A stretch of DNA of 63,185 bases, the filler included, from Octopus bimaculoides (Eukaryota): assembly GCF_001194135.2 (NCBI RefSeq). It is 9 parts of 9 records of this genome, joined end to end, with 100 filler letters (N's around TTAATTAATTAA, not from the genome) between each part and the next. Parts side by side here need not be neighbours in the genome. Positions count along the whole stretch, not along the records: positions 37,431 to 48,462 come from NC_068985.1; positions 48,563 to 57,332 come from NC_069004.1; 7 more parts are not named here. One strand, 5' to 3'. Shown in pieces: positions 39,421-52,735 of the stretch. The notes under the pieces were generated by a model, which searched no databases, had not been told where the DNA came from, and worked only from the letters and a program-made list of their open reading frames with translations. The position numbers and the translations under genes are program-made. Positions within the stretch are counted from its first letter, which is position 1. Every line of letters begins with the position of its first letter.

Positions 39421-40036
39421 AAGAAATATAGATATATATTAGTTCAAAATTCCTGCTTAAAAATAATGCGCATACTCATATAGACATACATACATAATTG
39501 GAATTTATAGAAACACAAAAAAAAACGAAGACAGGTGTATGAAGGTCAAGCAAGTGTATTAGTTTGACGCTTGGGAAAAAAAAAGTATTTTACGTTGCGA
39601 GCCTACGCTCTTCAACAGAAAGGAATAATAAAAAACAAACAGAGAGAGAATGAAAAAAAAAACTTATAGATTTCAGCGATCGTGTGCGTATTTATATATA
39701 TGTCTATATATATATGTATATATATGTATAAATATATATATAGATGTGTATATATATATATACATATATATATATATTTGACAGAGAGGACAACAAAAGA
39801 GAGAAAGAGACCTCGATATTATGCAAATAGAGGAATTTATCTGTAAAAATATGTGACACTTATTCAGTAGCCATGATAAACCTCCGAGTTTCGGATACCA
39901 GGGTGGGAGCCCACGCTAACATCTCTTCAGTTATCCGGCCAATTGAAAATTCCTGTGAAAAATGACCGTTAAAAACAAAGGAAAATTACTGCGTGGTGAC
40001 AAGGTCAGGCACTGGGACAAAAGAAAAACAACAAAA

Positions 40037-40263
40037 TTATCCAGTCACATATGGCCTTTAAAAGATAAAGGTGTCATTGGAAGATCCTAGCCAAGTGTAA
40101 ACCTTACACCAGCTGCAGCGGAAGGTGCGGTCTATGTGATATGGAAAGATGACTCATCTGGAAAGGCAGCTTAGACCCCACCACATGTCTAAATTCAAAG
40201 ACTGAACTTTTCGGATCATGTCCACATGTAGCCAAATATTTGCTTCGTTTTTGGTCCCCCTGA
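40037..40263 (+). pseudogene. PLE GIY-YIG endonuclease C-terminal fragment (frameshifted)
   Basis: LSSHIWPLKDKG / WKILAKCKPYTSCSGRCGLCDME / CLNSKTELFGSCPHVAKYLL match the PLE LSxHIWxLK..WxIL..RCxLC..E..LNxRxEL..CxH pattern. Confidence 0.8.
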
Positions 40264-40805
40264 GTTTACTGATTGGACTTGCTTTCTATTGTTGTGTCTA
40301 TCTATAAGTTAATTATTACTTATATTTCTTATATATTTTATATTTTTTAATATTTTTACTGATAGGACCTGCTGATGGGACTGTACTGATAGGTTTCTAT
40401 ATTGTGTCTATGTATATGCTTTTCACTTTTTTAACCTGGATTTTATATATTTATATTTTTATATTTTTATATTTTTTAATTATTTTTGTTTTTTACATAA
40501 TTATAGGGTTAATGTTTTTTGTATTTTTCTAGACATATTTTTCTGTTTTCTACCCTCCAAACTTTTTTCCTGTACGCTTATGGACACGTACAAGGAACTT
40601 AATATGTGCGCGATTGTGAGTGTGTGCGTGGATGCGTGCGTAAGTAGATATATGCGTGCGTATGTAGAGATATGTGCGTGCGTATATGGATATATGCGTG
40701 CATGCGATAATATACGCAGTTTTAGACGCGTTTTGACCTTGCCACTACACAGTAATTTCCCTTTGTTTTTAACGGTCATTTTTCACAGGAATTTTCAATT
40801 GGCCG

Positions 40806-40866
40806 GATAACTGAAGAGATATTGGCGTGGGCTCCCACCCTAGCATACGAAACTCGGAGTTTTATC
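40806..40866 (+). ncRNA. Type I hammerhead ribozyme motif in pLTR
   Basis: GATAA-CTGAAGA-[stem II]-GAA-ACTCGGAGT-T|TTATC. Stem I GATAA/TTATC; stem III ACTC/GAGT. The inverted copy at 39875-39935 has U16.1 changed to G. Confidence 0.7.
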
Positions 40867-40898
40867 ATGGCTGCTGAATAAGTGTCACATATTTTTAC

Positions 40899-40941
<43 letters not shown>

Positions 40942-40962
40942 CATGTTTCTATCTATCTATCG

Positions 40963-40996
<34 letters not shown>

Positions 40997-42052
40997 ATAT
41001 CTGTCTGTCTGTATATATATCTATACACACACAAACACACACACATATATATATATGCATATGTATACATATATAAATGCGCATACATGCATATGCAGTA
41101 GAGGATATCGGTATTTGATTCAGCCAGAGAATTCGTGATGACTGGTTCAATACTATTCTGTAACTAAATTATTCATATACATAAAGATATTTAGTTCTAC
41201 TATCATGTTATGGTGAAAGAGAAGGAAGAGGTTTCAACTTCAATATTATGGAAGAGTCGACACCTTACTAACAGCGCCCCTGGGACTCCCTGTAGTGCTG
41301 TTGCTGTTGTTGCTGTTGTTGTTGTTGTTGCTGGTGTTGGTGGTGGTGGTGGTTTCAAATGTACTGTTGCTCTCATTGTGGTTGGTCAACCCTGATAAAG
41401 CAGACTTATGTTCAAATTTAATCGCATTTAAGCTTACATCATTAGATACGCTCTTCATTTGTTTCAAAGCTGATAGTAAAATTAATTTGATTAACATTTG
41501 GGTGCTATTTCTTAAAGATCGAGCGACCACATAGTGGCTCACTCCATCCTTAACTGACATGTACGAATGCTGTGACGTTGTTTAAACAGAAACATACTAA
41601 TTGATCCACCATAGTTTGCAGAAAATTGAAATTTGCGTTACCACAAAATTTCCCTTGGTAATTAATTGAAGTTCATGCTTCCCTTGGTACCATTGCATAC
41701 ATATCAACTAATGAGGCATCACTTCCACTAGGACAGAACACATCACTATTGATCTGCATTAATGTCAATATCCATTAATGCGGTTCCATTTGGTCCCAAT
41801 TACATAACTACTTAGTCAATAACTAACAGTTGGGCAATTTTTCATTATTCTATTTTTTAATATTTCTTATTCTTCTATTCTCTTATTCGCTTTCTTTATT
41901 ACGTTTGCACTTTAGGGATTTAGTGATGTTTTCTTTGCTCTCTTTTATTCTTATACATTTGTCAATAATTTATTTAAAGTTTCGATCGAATCCGTAGGGT
42001 ATTTCCTACTACTGGGAATCTTATTAACGGAATTCAGTCTCTCTCTCTCCTT

Positions 42053-42086
<34 letters not shown>

Positions 42087-42203
42087 TTCTCTCTCTCACA
42101 TACACACACTTTCACTCTCTTTTTTAATGACTTTAATATGCTGAAACTTCCGTAGTTTAAGATGTATAATACTCTCAACAGAATCTGTATACGAATAATC
42201 CCC

Positions 42204-42237
<34 letters not shown>

Positions 42238-43013
42238 NNNNNNNNNNNNNNNNNNNNNNNNNNNNNNNNNNNNNNNNNNNNNNNNNNNNNNNNNNNNNNN
42301 NNNNNNNNNNNNNNNNNNNNNNNNNNNNNNNNNNNNNNNNNNNNNNNNNNNNNNNNNNNNNNNNNNNNNNNNNNNNNNNNNNNNNNNNNNNNNNNNNNNN
42401 NNNNNNNNNNNNNNNNNNNNNNNNNNNNNNNNNNNNNNNNNNNNNNNNNNNNNNNNNNNNNNNNNNNNNNNNNNNNNNNNNNNNNNNNNNNNNNNNNNNN
42501 NNNNNNNNNNNNNNNNNNNNNNNNNNNNNNNNNNNNNNNNNNNNNNNNNNNNNNNNNNNNNNNNNNNNNNNNNNNNNNNNNNNNNNNNNNNNNNNNNNNN
42601 NNNNNNNNNNNNNNNNNNNNNNNNNNNNNNNNNNNNNNNNNNNNNNNNNNNNNNNNNNNNNNNNNNNNNNNNNNNNNNNNNNNNNNNNNNNNNNNNNNNN
42701 NNNNNNNNNNNNNNNNNNNNNNNNNNNNNNNNNNNNNNNNNNNNNNNNNNNNNNNNNNNNNNNNNNNNNNNNNNNNNNNNNNNNNNNNNNNNNNNNNNNN
42801 NNNNNNNNNNNNNNNNNNNNNNNNNNNNNNNNNNNNNNNNNNNNNNNNNNNNNNNNNNNNNNNNNNNNNNNNNNNNNNNNNNNNNNNNNNNNNNNNNNNN
42901 NNNNNNNNNNNNNNNNNNNNNNNNNNNNNNNNNNNNNNNNNNNNNNNNNNNNNNNNNNNNNNNNNNNNNNNNNNNNNNNNNNNNNNNNNNNNNNNNNNNN
43001 NNNNNNNNNNNNN

Positions 43014-43045
<32 letters not shown>

Positions 43046-43549
43046 TGATAGATAGATAGATAGATAGAGAGGGAGGAGAGAACGAGAGAGACAGACAAAC
43101 ATAGATATATAGGTAGAAAGATAGAGAGAGAGGCAGAGAGAGAAAGAGAGACAAACAGACAGATAGAGTGAAAGAAACATACATACACGAATGCATACAT
43201 GTGTATGAATGAGCATGCATATTTATGAAGGTATTTCACTGCGTGCCCGAGCACCTGTTTGAATGTCCATTTCTCTTTCTTCAAAACGGAGAGAATCAAA
43301 GATTTGTAAGTGAATTGACTGCTACTTCTGGCAGTACATTGTCAGTGCCGTCCTTGTTAGTGTCCGCTTGTGTCTGTAAATACACTTAGCGTTGTTTTGA
43401 AGCATCTCCTGAGATTTGTATGAAAATAATCTTAAACTGACATCCACATGTGATTATTATTATAATTGTTAAATTCAATTGAAGGAAATACCTACTGAGA
43501 AATCATATAGAGAATCTATTGCCAGCATCAAATGTGTGCTATATAGTGT

Positions 43550-43581
<32 letters not shown>

Positions 43582-45051
43582 CACATATATATACATATAT
43601 ACACATATATATACATATATACATACATATATGCATATATATNNNNNNNNNNNNNNNNNNNNNNNNNNNNNNNNNNNNNNNNNNNNNNNNNNNNNNNNNN
43701 NNNNNNNNNNNNNNNNNNNNNNNNNNNNNNNNNNNNNNNNNNNNNNNNNNNNNNNNNNNNNNNNNNNNNNNNNNNNNNNNNNNNNNNNNNNNNNNNNNNN
43801 NNNNNNNNNNNNNNNNNNNNNNNNNNNNNNNNNNNNNNNNNNNNNNNNNNNNNNNNNNNNNNNNNNNNNNNNNNNNNNNNNNNNNNNNNNNNNNNNNNNN
43901 NNNNNNNNNNNNNNNNNNNNNNNNNNNNNNNNNNNNNNNNNNNNNNNNNNNNNNNNNNNNNNNNNNNNNNNNNNNNNNNNNNNNNNNNNNNNNNNNNNNN
44001 NNNNNNNNNNNNNNNNNNNNNNNNNNNNNNNNNNNNNNNNNNNNNNNNNNNNNNNNNNNNNNNNNNNNNNNNNNNNNNNNNNNNNNNNNNNNNNNNNNNN
44101 NNNNNNNNNNNNNNNNNNNNNNNNNNNNNNNNNNNNNNNNNNNNNNNNNNNNNNNNNNNNNNNNNNNNNNNNNNNNNNNNNNNNNNNNNNNNNNNNNNNN
44201 NNNNNNNNNNNNNNNNNNNNNNNNNNNNNNNNNNNNNNNNNNNNNNNNNNNNNNNNNNNNNNNNNNNNNNNNNNNNNNNNNNNNNNNNNNNNNNNNNNNN
44301 NNNNNNNNNNNNNNNNNTACATCTGCTATGTCAAGATGGACTTATATATTCTTCCTCTGCTCTCTCCCACTTGGTTTTAATATGTTGCCACATTTGTAAT
44401 ATGTCATTTTTTCTACATTTTTTCGTGCAGCTGAAGATTGCTCTTCATATTGCATTTAAGGTAATGCTCACATTACTTAAATAAATTGAAGTAGCATGAA
44501 ACGTGCGTACTGCAATCACTTTTGAAATCCGTGTTGCTTATTATTTGATATATATATATATATATACGCGATGTACATATTTTTGCATGCATAATTTTGA
44601 CTATAGTTACTTGCTAACCATGCATGGTTTCTGCTTCTAGTGATGTCGTTAGTTTAATATTTTGCAGTTAGAAAGCTTTAATATGATTAACAGAGGAGTT
44701 CTGAAGACAAGCTCTTTTTCTTTTTCTTTTTTTTGAAACATGATATGACTCATCAAGAAAATTCTGTTTTATTTCTAATATTAACACATGGTGGCTGATC
44801 ATTTGAAGTAAATTCATTATTATAAGTGCTCTTATAATCATCGTCGTCATCATCATCACCATCATCACTGGCGTCTTTGTCAGTGTCGTCTTCCTCATCA
44901 TCATGATCATCATTCATTATCATCATCGTCGTCGTATTCGTCGTCATCATCATCCTCATCGTCAGCGTCATCATCGTCAACATCATCCTCGTCATCATTA
45001 TCATCACCTTCGTTTCGTCGTTCTCAGGATCATCATCATCANNNNNNNNNN

Positions 45052-45087
<36 letters not shown>

Positions 45088-45521
45088 ACGCAAATCTAAA
45101 TCTCTCAGTAAACAGAGGGGCAAAGCAGATGCGAGTTTTCGGAAATTCGCGTAGTCTTCTGAACGACGCATTTGGATGTCATTAAGCTCCCTGTAGACTT
45201 GAAAAATAAATTAAATTCTATTCAATTTAAAATACTTTAGAAGGCGCCTCTTTGGCTAAAATATATTTACTTGCGAAGAAGCTGAGGCTTTTGCATGTTG
45301 AGTCGAGTATTTCTGCCACGAGAATACGATACCGGCCTCATGTGTGCAGTAGATAAATAGCATTGCTTTTGTTTAAATTATTCTCTTCATGTCATAGAAG
45401 GTAAATAATGAACCCTGACATAATTGATGTTTACACACCCACTACCACCCACTCGTATATATGCGTGAGTATGTGTATTCATACATTGACATGCGTATAT
45501 GTGTGTAAATATATATACATG

Positions 45522-45552
<31 letters not shown>

Positions 45553-46499
45553 NNNNNNNNNNNNNNNNNNNNNNNNNNNNNNNNNNNNNNNNNNNNNNNN
45601 NNNNNNNNNNNNNNNNNNNNNNNNNNNNNNNNNNNNNNNNNNNNNNNNNNNNNNNNNNNNNNNNNNNNNNNNNNNNNNNNNNNNNNNNNNNNNNNNNNNN
45701 NNNNNNNNNNNNNNNNNNNNNNNNNNNNNNNNNNNNNNNNNNNNNNNNNNNNNNNNNNNNNNNNNNNNNNNNNNNNNNNNNNNNNNNNNNNNNNNNNNNN
45801 NNNNNNNNNNNNNNNNNNNNNNNNNNNNNNNNNNNNNNNNNNNNNNNNNNNNNNNNNNNNNNNNNNNNNNNNNNNNNNNNNNNNNNNNNNNNNNNNNNNN
45901 NNNNNNNNNNNNNNNNNNNNNNNNNNNNNNNNNNNNNNNNNNNNNNNNNNNNNNNNNNNNNNNNNNNNNNNNNNNNNNNNNNNNNNNNNNNNNNNNNNNN
46001 NNNNNNNNNNNNNNNNNNNNNNNNNNNNNNNNNNNNNNNNNNNNNNNNNNNNNNNNNNNNNNNNNNNNNNNNNNNNNNNNNNNNNNNNNNNNNNNNNNNN
46101 NNNNNNNNNNNNNNNNNNNNNNNNNNNNNNNNNNNNNNNNNNNNNNNNNNNNNNNNNNNNNNNNNNNNNNNNNNNNNNNNNNNNNNNNNNNNNNNNNNNN
46201 NNNNNNNNNNNNNNNNNNNNNNNNNNNNNNNNNNNNNNNNNNNNNNNNNNNNNNNNNNNNNNNNNNNNNNNNNNNNNNNNNNNNNNNNNNNNNNNNNNNN
46301 NNNNNNNNNNNNNNNNNNNNNNNNNNNNNNNNNNNNNNNNNNNNNNNNNNNNNNNNNNNNNNNNNNNNNNNNNNNNNNNNNNNNNNNNNNNNNNNNNNNN
46401 NNNNNNNNNNNNNNNNNNNNNNNNNNNNNNNNNNNNNNNNNNNNNNNNNNNNNNNNNNNNNNNNNNNNNNNNNNNNNNNNNNNNNNNNNNNNNNNNNNA

Positions 46500-46790
46500 C
46501 GAAACGGTGAATGAACAAACAAGCAAAAAGGCTGTACAGCCAGACGTGAAGTGTGTATGTATTGAACACTGTGAAGCACGAACAGGAGGGGCAAAGAAGT
46601 ACGTACGAGCTTGGGGAGTCCAAGAACGAAAAGAAATAGCAGCCGGACACACGTGACCAATGCTGTGTAAAGAGAGAGAGTAAGAGTAGCAGAGGGAAAG
46701 GAAGGGGAGGAAATAGAATAAATTTGAGCAACGAGAGGTAGAGAGAGAGAGATAGTAGTAGTAACGGTGAGAGGTGAAGGACGAGTAACA

Positions 46791-46836
<46 letters not shown>

Positions 46837-46975
46837 TAGTGACAGGTAGAGGCGAAGAACAGTAGAGGGAAGAATGAGAGGGGGAGATAGTTATAGAGAT
46901 AGAGAGAGTCGCGTTAGAAAAATAGTTAAAACTTACCGTATAAAGGTTAACGCGTGCGTTCTGTTGTGATACAAA
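46500..46975 (-). repeat. Unclassified dispersed repeat, diverged copy of 57433-57790
   Basis: Colinear similarity (tgtgaagca, ggacaca.gtgacca, gagtcgc, aaaacttac); strongly strand-asymmetric purine/pyrimidine content. Confidence 0.65.
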
Positions 46976-47148
46976 CAATATATGAGTATATGCATATATA
47001 TGTACATGTATGTACATACCTTCATCTACATGTACATATAGATTCATAACTGGGTGCATGACGTGGCAAAAGAACATGGACAAAATGATAAACAAGGTAC
47101 AACAAACAAGCAAGCCACATAGAAACATCTCCTATTCATATTTATACA

Positions 47149-47428
47149 CAGGGTGCGTAAGATATTTGAGGACAGATCTATTTTTATAAAAATAAAAAAA
47201 AGATTTATAATAACAGATAATTTTTTTTATCAAAAAATGCAATGATAAAAATAAACATTCTTTTTTTATAATGTTATTCAATAAAGCCACATTCAGCTTC
47301 AACAACTGCTTCTATATAAGATCTAAATCATCTACATACTGGAATCAAGTGGTCCTGGTTCATTTTGGACATTACTCTGACTATGGCAGCATTGAAAGAA
47401 CCTTTGGTGTTATGAGCGTGTTCGCTAA

Positions 47429-47469
<41 letters not shown>

Positions 47470-48423
47470 AATGCTTCACATGTAATAGTCCAATGGATTG
47501 AGATCTGGGGAATTAGGAGACCAAATGTTATGGTGTCTGTGATCATGAAAATTTCCAGCCATCCATTCCTGTGTTACTAGAACCATGTGTAGTAGTGAAG
47601 AGTCTTACGGAAACACATATGGCCTTCCATTGCATACACTGTCTATCCAGGGCTTAACAATTGTTTCCAGGCCCTCAATGTAGGCGGCAGAGTTAACTCT
47701 AAGGCCGTGTGGAAAGAAGTAAGGAGACATCACATGTCCTTCATTGCTGACAAACCCTAAAACATGACATTTGCAGAAAATTTTGTATACATAAGACTTG
47801 GAACTTCAGTAGGGTCTGCACATAAGCATCTGTCACTTCTTTTGTTAACTTTTTGATATTCTCACTCGAGAAAAACCAAATCAAATCTTTTTCTGCTGGA
47901 TTTTCCAGTTTGCTTAAGAGCCTTTTAGATCTGATGTAGTGATTTTCTTTTGCTTTTTCTGACAAATTGACCTTTCCTCATAATATAAGTCTTATATCTT
48001 ATGTGTTCGTGGACAATATTTCTGACTGTTCTTTCTGACACGTGGAGGTCTTTTGCAATTGACCTCATGGACTTTCTGGGATTGTAGTCAATGGTCTGTC
48101 CAACTTGCTGGATAAATTCAAGTGTTCTGATGATTTCAGAGCGTTTAGAATGCTTTATATGGTGTGATACTGGTGAAACGTTTCTATCTTCAGTCTCAAA
48201 GTCCTTACAAACTTTGTAAACAAAACATCCGGCAACTTTAAAAATCGAGATAGTTCTAAATTGCAATGCTCAGCCTTTATAACCACAATAACAGCATGCC
48301 TTTTTATTTTTTGAGCAAGCTGAGGGTCTACCATTATTATTTTCTGAAACAAAGATTACACAGTTGGCAAAAAATGCAGCAATGATCCCAAAAGTTATGT
48401 CCTCAAATACCTTATGCATCCTG
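47149..48423 (-). mobile_element. Full-length but decayed Tc1/mariner element (maT/DD37D-like)
   Basis: ~26-bp TIRs cagggtgcgtaagatatttgaggaca / caggatgcataaggtatttgaggaca; broken transposase with KRHAVIV, PRKSMRSIAKDLHVSERTVR, LIWFFSSE and a PDLNPLDY-like motif; (CT)n insertion near 47432. Confidence 0.85.
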
Positions 48424-48431
48424 TATATATG

Positions 48432-48462
<31 letters not shown>

Positions 48463-48604
48463 NNNNNNNNNNNNNNNNNNNNNNNNNNNNNNNNNNNNNN
48501 NNNNNNTTAATTAATTAANNNNNNNNNNNNNNNNNNNNNNNNNNNNNNNNNNNNNNNNNNNNTATATATATATATATATATATGCTTTTTTTATATCCGC
48601 TAAT

Positions 48605-48775
48605 AGACTTTCAAACCATAAAACTGCAGTCAACTTTCGCCCACTCGTCTATCACTGAGTGGGAGAAAGTTGTTTCTCGCTGGACGCATCTAATAGTCTT
48701 TAAATACTTTTGTATTGTCTCAGGTTCTATAATTTCGTCTGTAGCTTCGCATTGAAACTCTATCAGCTCAAGCAT
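48605..48775 (-). pseudogene. Possible LINE RT C-terminal remnant
   Basis: KYLKTIRCVQRETTFSHSVIDEW resembles the CR1/L2 FSxRVIxxWN motif. Confidence 0.4.
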
Positions 48776-48954
48776 TGCCATGGAAGCCGGCATGGCCGTG
48801 TGCTTGAGAAGGTTGCTTTGTAATAACCTCGTTTCGCGTTCAGTACATTGCGTGACGCCTTGGACAACTTATGTTCTTTGTACTACAGTCTCGGGCCGAC
48901 TGAACCATTGTATGTGAATGTGGTAAGTGGAAGCTGTGTGGATTCACTTAAAGA

Positions 48955-49205
48955 ATTAAGGGCATGGCTGATCTCGCTTATTGGGACCGCCTTAAAGCAT
49001 TGAAACTCTACACTCTCCAGCGCCGCCGCGAGCGATACATCATTTGCCCGATGTGGAGAATATACCGCCAGCATTGCCCAAACGACCTGAACATTAGATT
49101 CAAAATTCATCCAAGGCTAGGACCACCGGCCATACGTCCCCCACCCAATTCAGGATCTCCACGTAAATACACTGCAACACAATTTCTTTTCCTCAACATG
49201 CCTTG
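48955..49205 (+). mobile_element. CR1/L2-type LINE RT C-terminal fragment
   Basis: LAYWDRLKALKLYTLQRRRERYII..WRI...PRLG is a typical CR1-group motif. Confidence 0.75.
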
Positions 49206-49237
49206 CCCTATTTAACATTGTTATTTATTTTTTATTT

Positions 49238-49445
49238 ATGCGCCCTTTTTCAAGCCTAGCCAGGCTCATGGGCCCGGTTTCCCGGTTTCTGTGGCGTATG
49301 TGTTCCCCCCAGCTAGACGGGACGCCAGTCCATTGCAGTGTTACTCGAGAAACAGGAAGAAAGGGTGAGAAAAAGTTGTGGCGAAAGAGTACAACAGGGG
49401 TCGCCAACACCCTCTGCCGGAGCCTCGTTGATCTTTAGGTGCTNN
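49238..49445 (-). mobile_element. SINE family D tail
   Basis: aagcctagccaggctcatgggcccggtttcc shared with 10561-10660. Confidence 0.8.
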
Positions 49446-50524
49446 NNNNNNNNNNNNNNNNNNNNNNNNNNNNNNNNNNNNNNNNNNNNNNNNNNNNNNN
49501 NNNNNNNNNNNNNNNNNNNNNNNNNNNNNNNNNNNNNNNNNNNNNNNNNNNNNNNNNNNNNNNNNNNNNNNNNNNNNNNNNNNNNNNNNNNNNNNNNNNN
49601 NNNNNNNNNNNNNNNNNNNNNNNNNNNNNNNNNNNNNNNNNNNNNNNNNNNNNNNNNNNNNNNNNNNNNNNNNNNNNNNAGGTAGAAGTTATTATGCTAA
49701 TGATGATGATGCTGATGACGCTGCTGCTGCTGCTGATGATGATGATGATAGTGGTGGTGGTGGTAGTAGTGGTGGTAGAGATGACGGGGAGAAACAGTGG
49801 CATTTATGAGGATTAGAAATTGCTCATAGATATCCGGGTGGGGGAGCAGTATATACGAGTGTATGTGGATGGGAGTGTTTGTGTGCGCGCGTGTATGCGT
49901 ATATACGAGTGTGTGTGTGTGTGTGTGCGTGTGCGCACGTCAATAACTTGGTGATAGTTGTGAAGCCGGTATTATTTCACTACGTCCTATCTTCTGACAC
50001 TGCGCACCCACCCGGCCTAGCAGCCATCCATCGTTACAGTCTCGTTCCACCCTCCACCGTCCCTGCCTGCCACAGCCTCAATCCACCCCGATCGAAACAA
50101 TCGTCCAGTCTCTACAGAAGCTGTGAGCTATCTAGGATATCTCTAAGTAAACATCTTCAATGGACAGTCGTAATAAGGCGTTGATGGACAGATTGATATC
50201 AATCTGGCTGCCGCTGGGTGGAGGGTTACACACGGGCGTTTGTGAACGTATCTATGTAACTTATTATCCGTTATTTTTCACTTGTTTCAGTCATTAGACA
50301 GCGGCCATACTGGAGCATCACCTACGAAGAATTTTTTTTAGTCGAAATGGAAATCGACACCGTTACTTATTATTATTATTATTTTTTAATGCCGAACAGC
50401 TACGTTGCGGGGACGAAAAGAAATCAGCACCGGTCGTCAAGTGGTGATGGTGGTGGGGAGGGACAAACACACACACACACACACACAAACACACACATGG
50501 ATCCATATACATATACAAATGTAT

Positions 50525-50570
<46 letters not shown>

Positions 50571-51320
50571 GCATGGCTGTATAGTAAGTAGCATGCTTAC
50601 TAACCNNNNNNNNNNNNNNNNNNNNNNNNNNNNNNNNNNNNNNNNNNNNNNNNNNNNNNNNNNNNNNNNNNNNNNNNNNNNNNNNNNNNNNNNNNNNNNN
50701 NNNNNNNNNNNNNNNNNNNNNNNNNNNNNNNNNNNNNNNNNNNNNNNNNNNNNNNNNNNNNNNNNNNNNNNNNNNNNNNNNNNNNNNNNNNNNNNNNNNN
50801 NNNNNNNNNNNNNNNNNNNNNNNNNNNNNNNNNNNNNNNNNNNNNNNNNNNNNNNNNNNNNNNNNNNNNNNNNNNNNNNNNNNNNNNNNNNNNNNNNNNN
50901 NNNNNNNNNNNNNNNNNNNNNNNNNNNNNNNNNNNNNNNNNNNNNNNNNNNNNNNNNNNNNNNNNNNNNNNNNNNNNNNNNNNNNNNNNNNNNNNNNNNN
51001 NNNNNNNNNNNNNNNNNNNNNNNNNNNNNNNNNNNNNNNNNNNNNNNNNNNNNNNNNNNNNNNNNNNNNNNNNNNNNNNNNNNNNNNNNNNNNNNNNNNN
51101 NNNNNNNNNNNNNNNNNNNNNNNNNNNNNNNNNNNNNNNNNNNNNNNNNNNNNNNNNNNNNNNNNNNNNNNNNNNNNNNNNNNNNNNNNNNNNNNNNNNN
51201 NNNNNNNNNNNNNNNNNNNNNNNNNNNNNNNNNNNNNNNNNNNNNNNNNNNNNNNNNNNNNNNNNNNNNNNNNNNNNNNNNNNNNNNNNNNNNNNNNNNN
51301 NNNNNNNNNNNNNNNNNNNN

Positions 51321-51545
51321 TTTATTGCCCACAAGGGGCTAAATATAGAGGGGGCAAACAAGGACAGTCAGAGGGATTAAGTCGATTGCATCGACCCCAG
51401 TGCGTAACTGGTACTTAATTTATCGACACCGAAAGGACGAAAGGCAAAGTCGACCTCGGCGGAATTCGAACTCAGAACGTAAAGACAGACGAAATACCGC
51501 TAAGCATTTCGCCTGGCGTGCTAACATTTCTGCCTGTTCGCCGCC
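51321..51545 (-). mobile_element. SINE family A, near full-length
   Basis: Reverse complement of 4226-4456. Confidence 0.85.
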
Positions 51546-51979
51546 TTAATTTCCATGAACCAATCCACTCACAAGGCATAGGTTAGCTCGGAGCGATAGT
51601 AGAGGAGAGTGGCGCAAGATGCTGCGCTGTGCAACTGAACTCGAAGCCATGGGGTTGCAAAGCGCTCTTCATAACCACACAGCCATGCATGTCCCTACTT
51701 CTTCTTTGAATCCTATTTCCTCACATCTGTAGTAACAAATCAACAAGAGACAATAAATGATTTTCTTAGTTGCGAGTAATCTCTTGCACGTTGCGCTAAG
51801 ACAAATTTTGTGTAGGTCTTAAGACTAGAAAGACTTAATTTAATTAGATAAATTAGACACGTAAATTAATTAGATGAGAAACTAATTTACAACATAAGTG
51901 AAGAATGAAGCATTGGTAATCATTGTTTGTCAGTCTCTTTGTCAGGTTTTTCTAAGCGACATAATTCAGCGAAACGCAG

Positions 51980-52300
51980 ACTGGTTGTCAGGCTAGGAAG
52001 TTCGCTTTTCAACCAGGTTGTTACTAGCCCAGTGCCACAGCATGGCACCTTGGGCACATGTCTTCTACTGTAGCTCCGGGCTGTCTAATACCATGTGAGT
52101 GAATTATGTAGACAGAAACTGTGTGGAAGCTTACCGTCCAGCAGAACGACTTATCCATCTGATCAATTTACGGAGTGACTTAGCCGCAAATAGTAGTCAC
52201 AGACGCTAAATACTGATCGAAGTGGTTGGCCGTTAACTGGAACATAGCTGAGAGCCAATACGATATCCGCCCGGATAATATATCCGTCCAAACTCTCATT

Positions 52301-52344
<44 letters not shown>

Positions 52345-52735
52345 CGTGCGTGTGTGTGTGTGTATGTGTGTGTGTATGTGTGTATGTATATATGTGTACA
52401 CACAATTATGTATATATACATACATGCATGCATATATGTGTGTGTATGTATGTATATGTGTATGTAGGTATATATGTATGTATGTATGTATGTATGTGTG
52501 CATGTACGTATGCATATTGTGAGTGTGTTTATGTGTTTGTGTTTGTCGCCCACCATCACCACCACCACCACTTGAAAACTTGAGTTGGTTTGTTTACGTC
52601 CCCGTAGCGTAGCGGCACGGCAAATAACACCGATAAAATGTACCAGATGTACTGGTGTCAGTTTATTCAACTATAAACCCTTCAAAGCAGTCCTCCAACA
52701 TGGCCCCTGTAATATGACTGAAACTACATTCGTCA
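51980..52735 (+). mobile_element. SINE family B split by expanded microsatellites
   Basis: Head 51980-52135 and tail 52555-52735 (gtttacgtccccgtagc...caacatggcc). Confidence 0.6.

Larger units (their letters stand above)
39838..40903 (+). mobile_element. 5'-truncated Penelope-like element with inverted pLTRs
   Basis: ~170-bp inverted repeats at 39838-40007 and 40734-40903 flank a GIY-YIG C-terminal fragment and an AT-rich 3' UTR. Confidence 0.8.

Noticed and set aside
43231-43285. Plus-strand exon candidate VFHCVPEHLFECPF...QRF ending at GTAAGT
   Set aside because: Weak acceptor context, isolated, and no recognisable homology.
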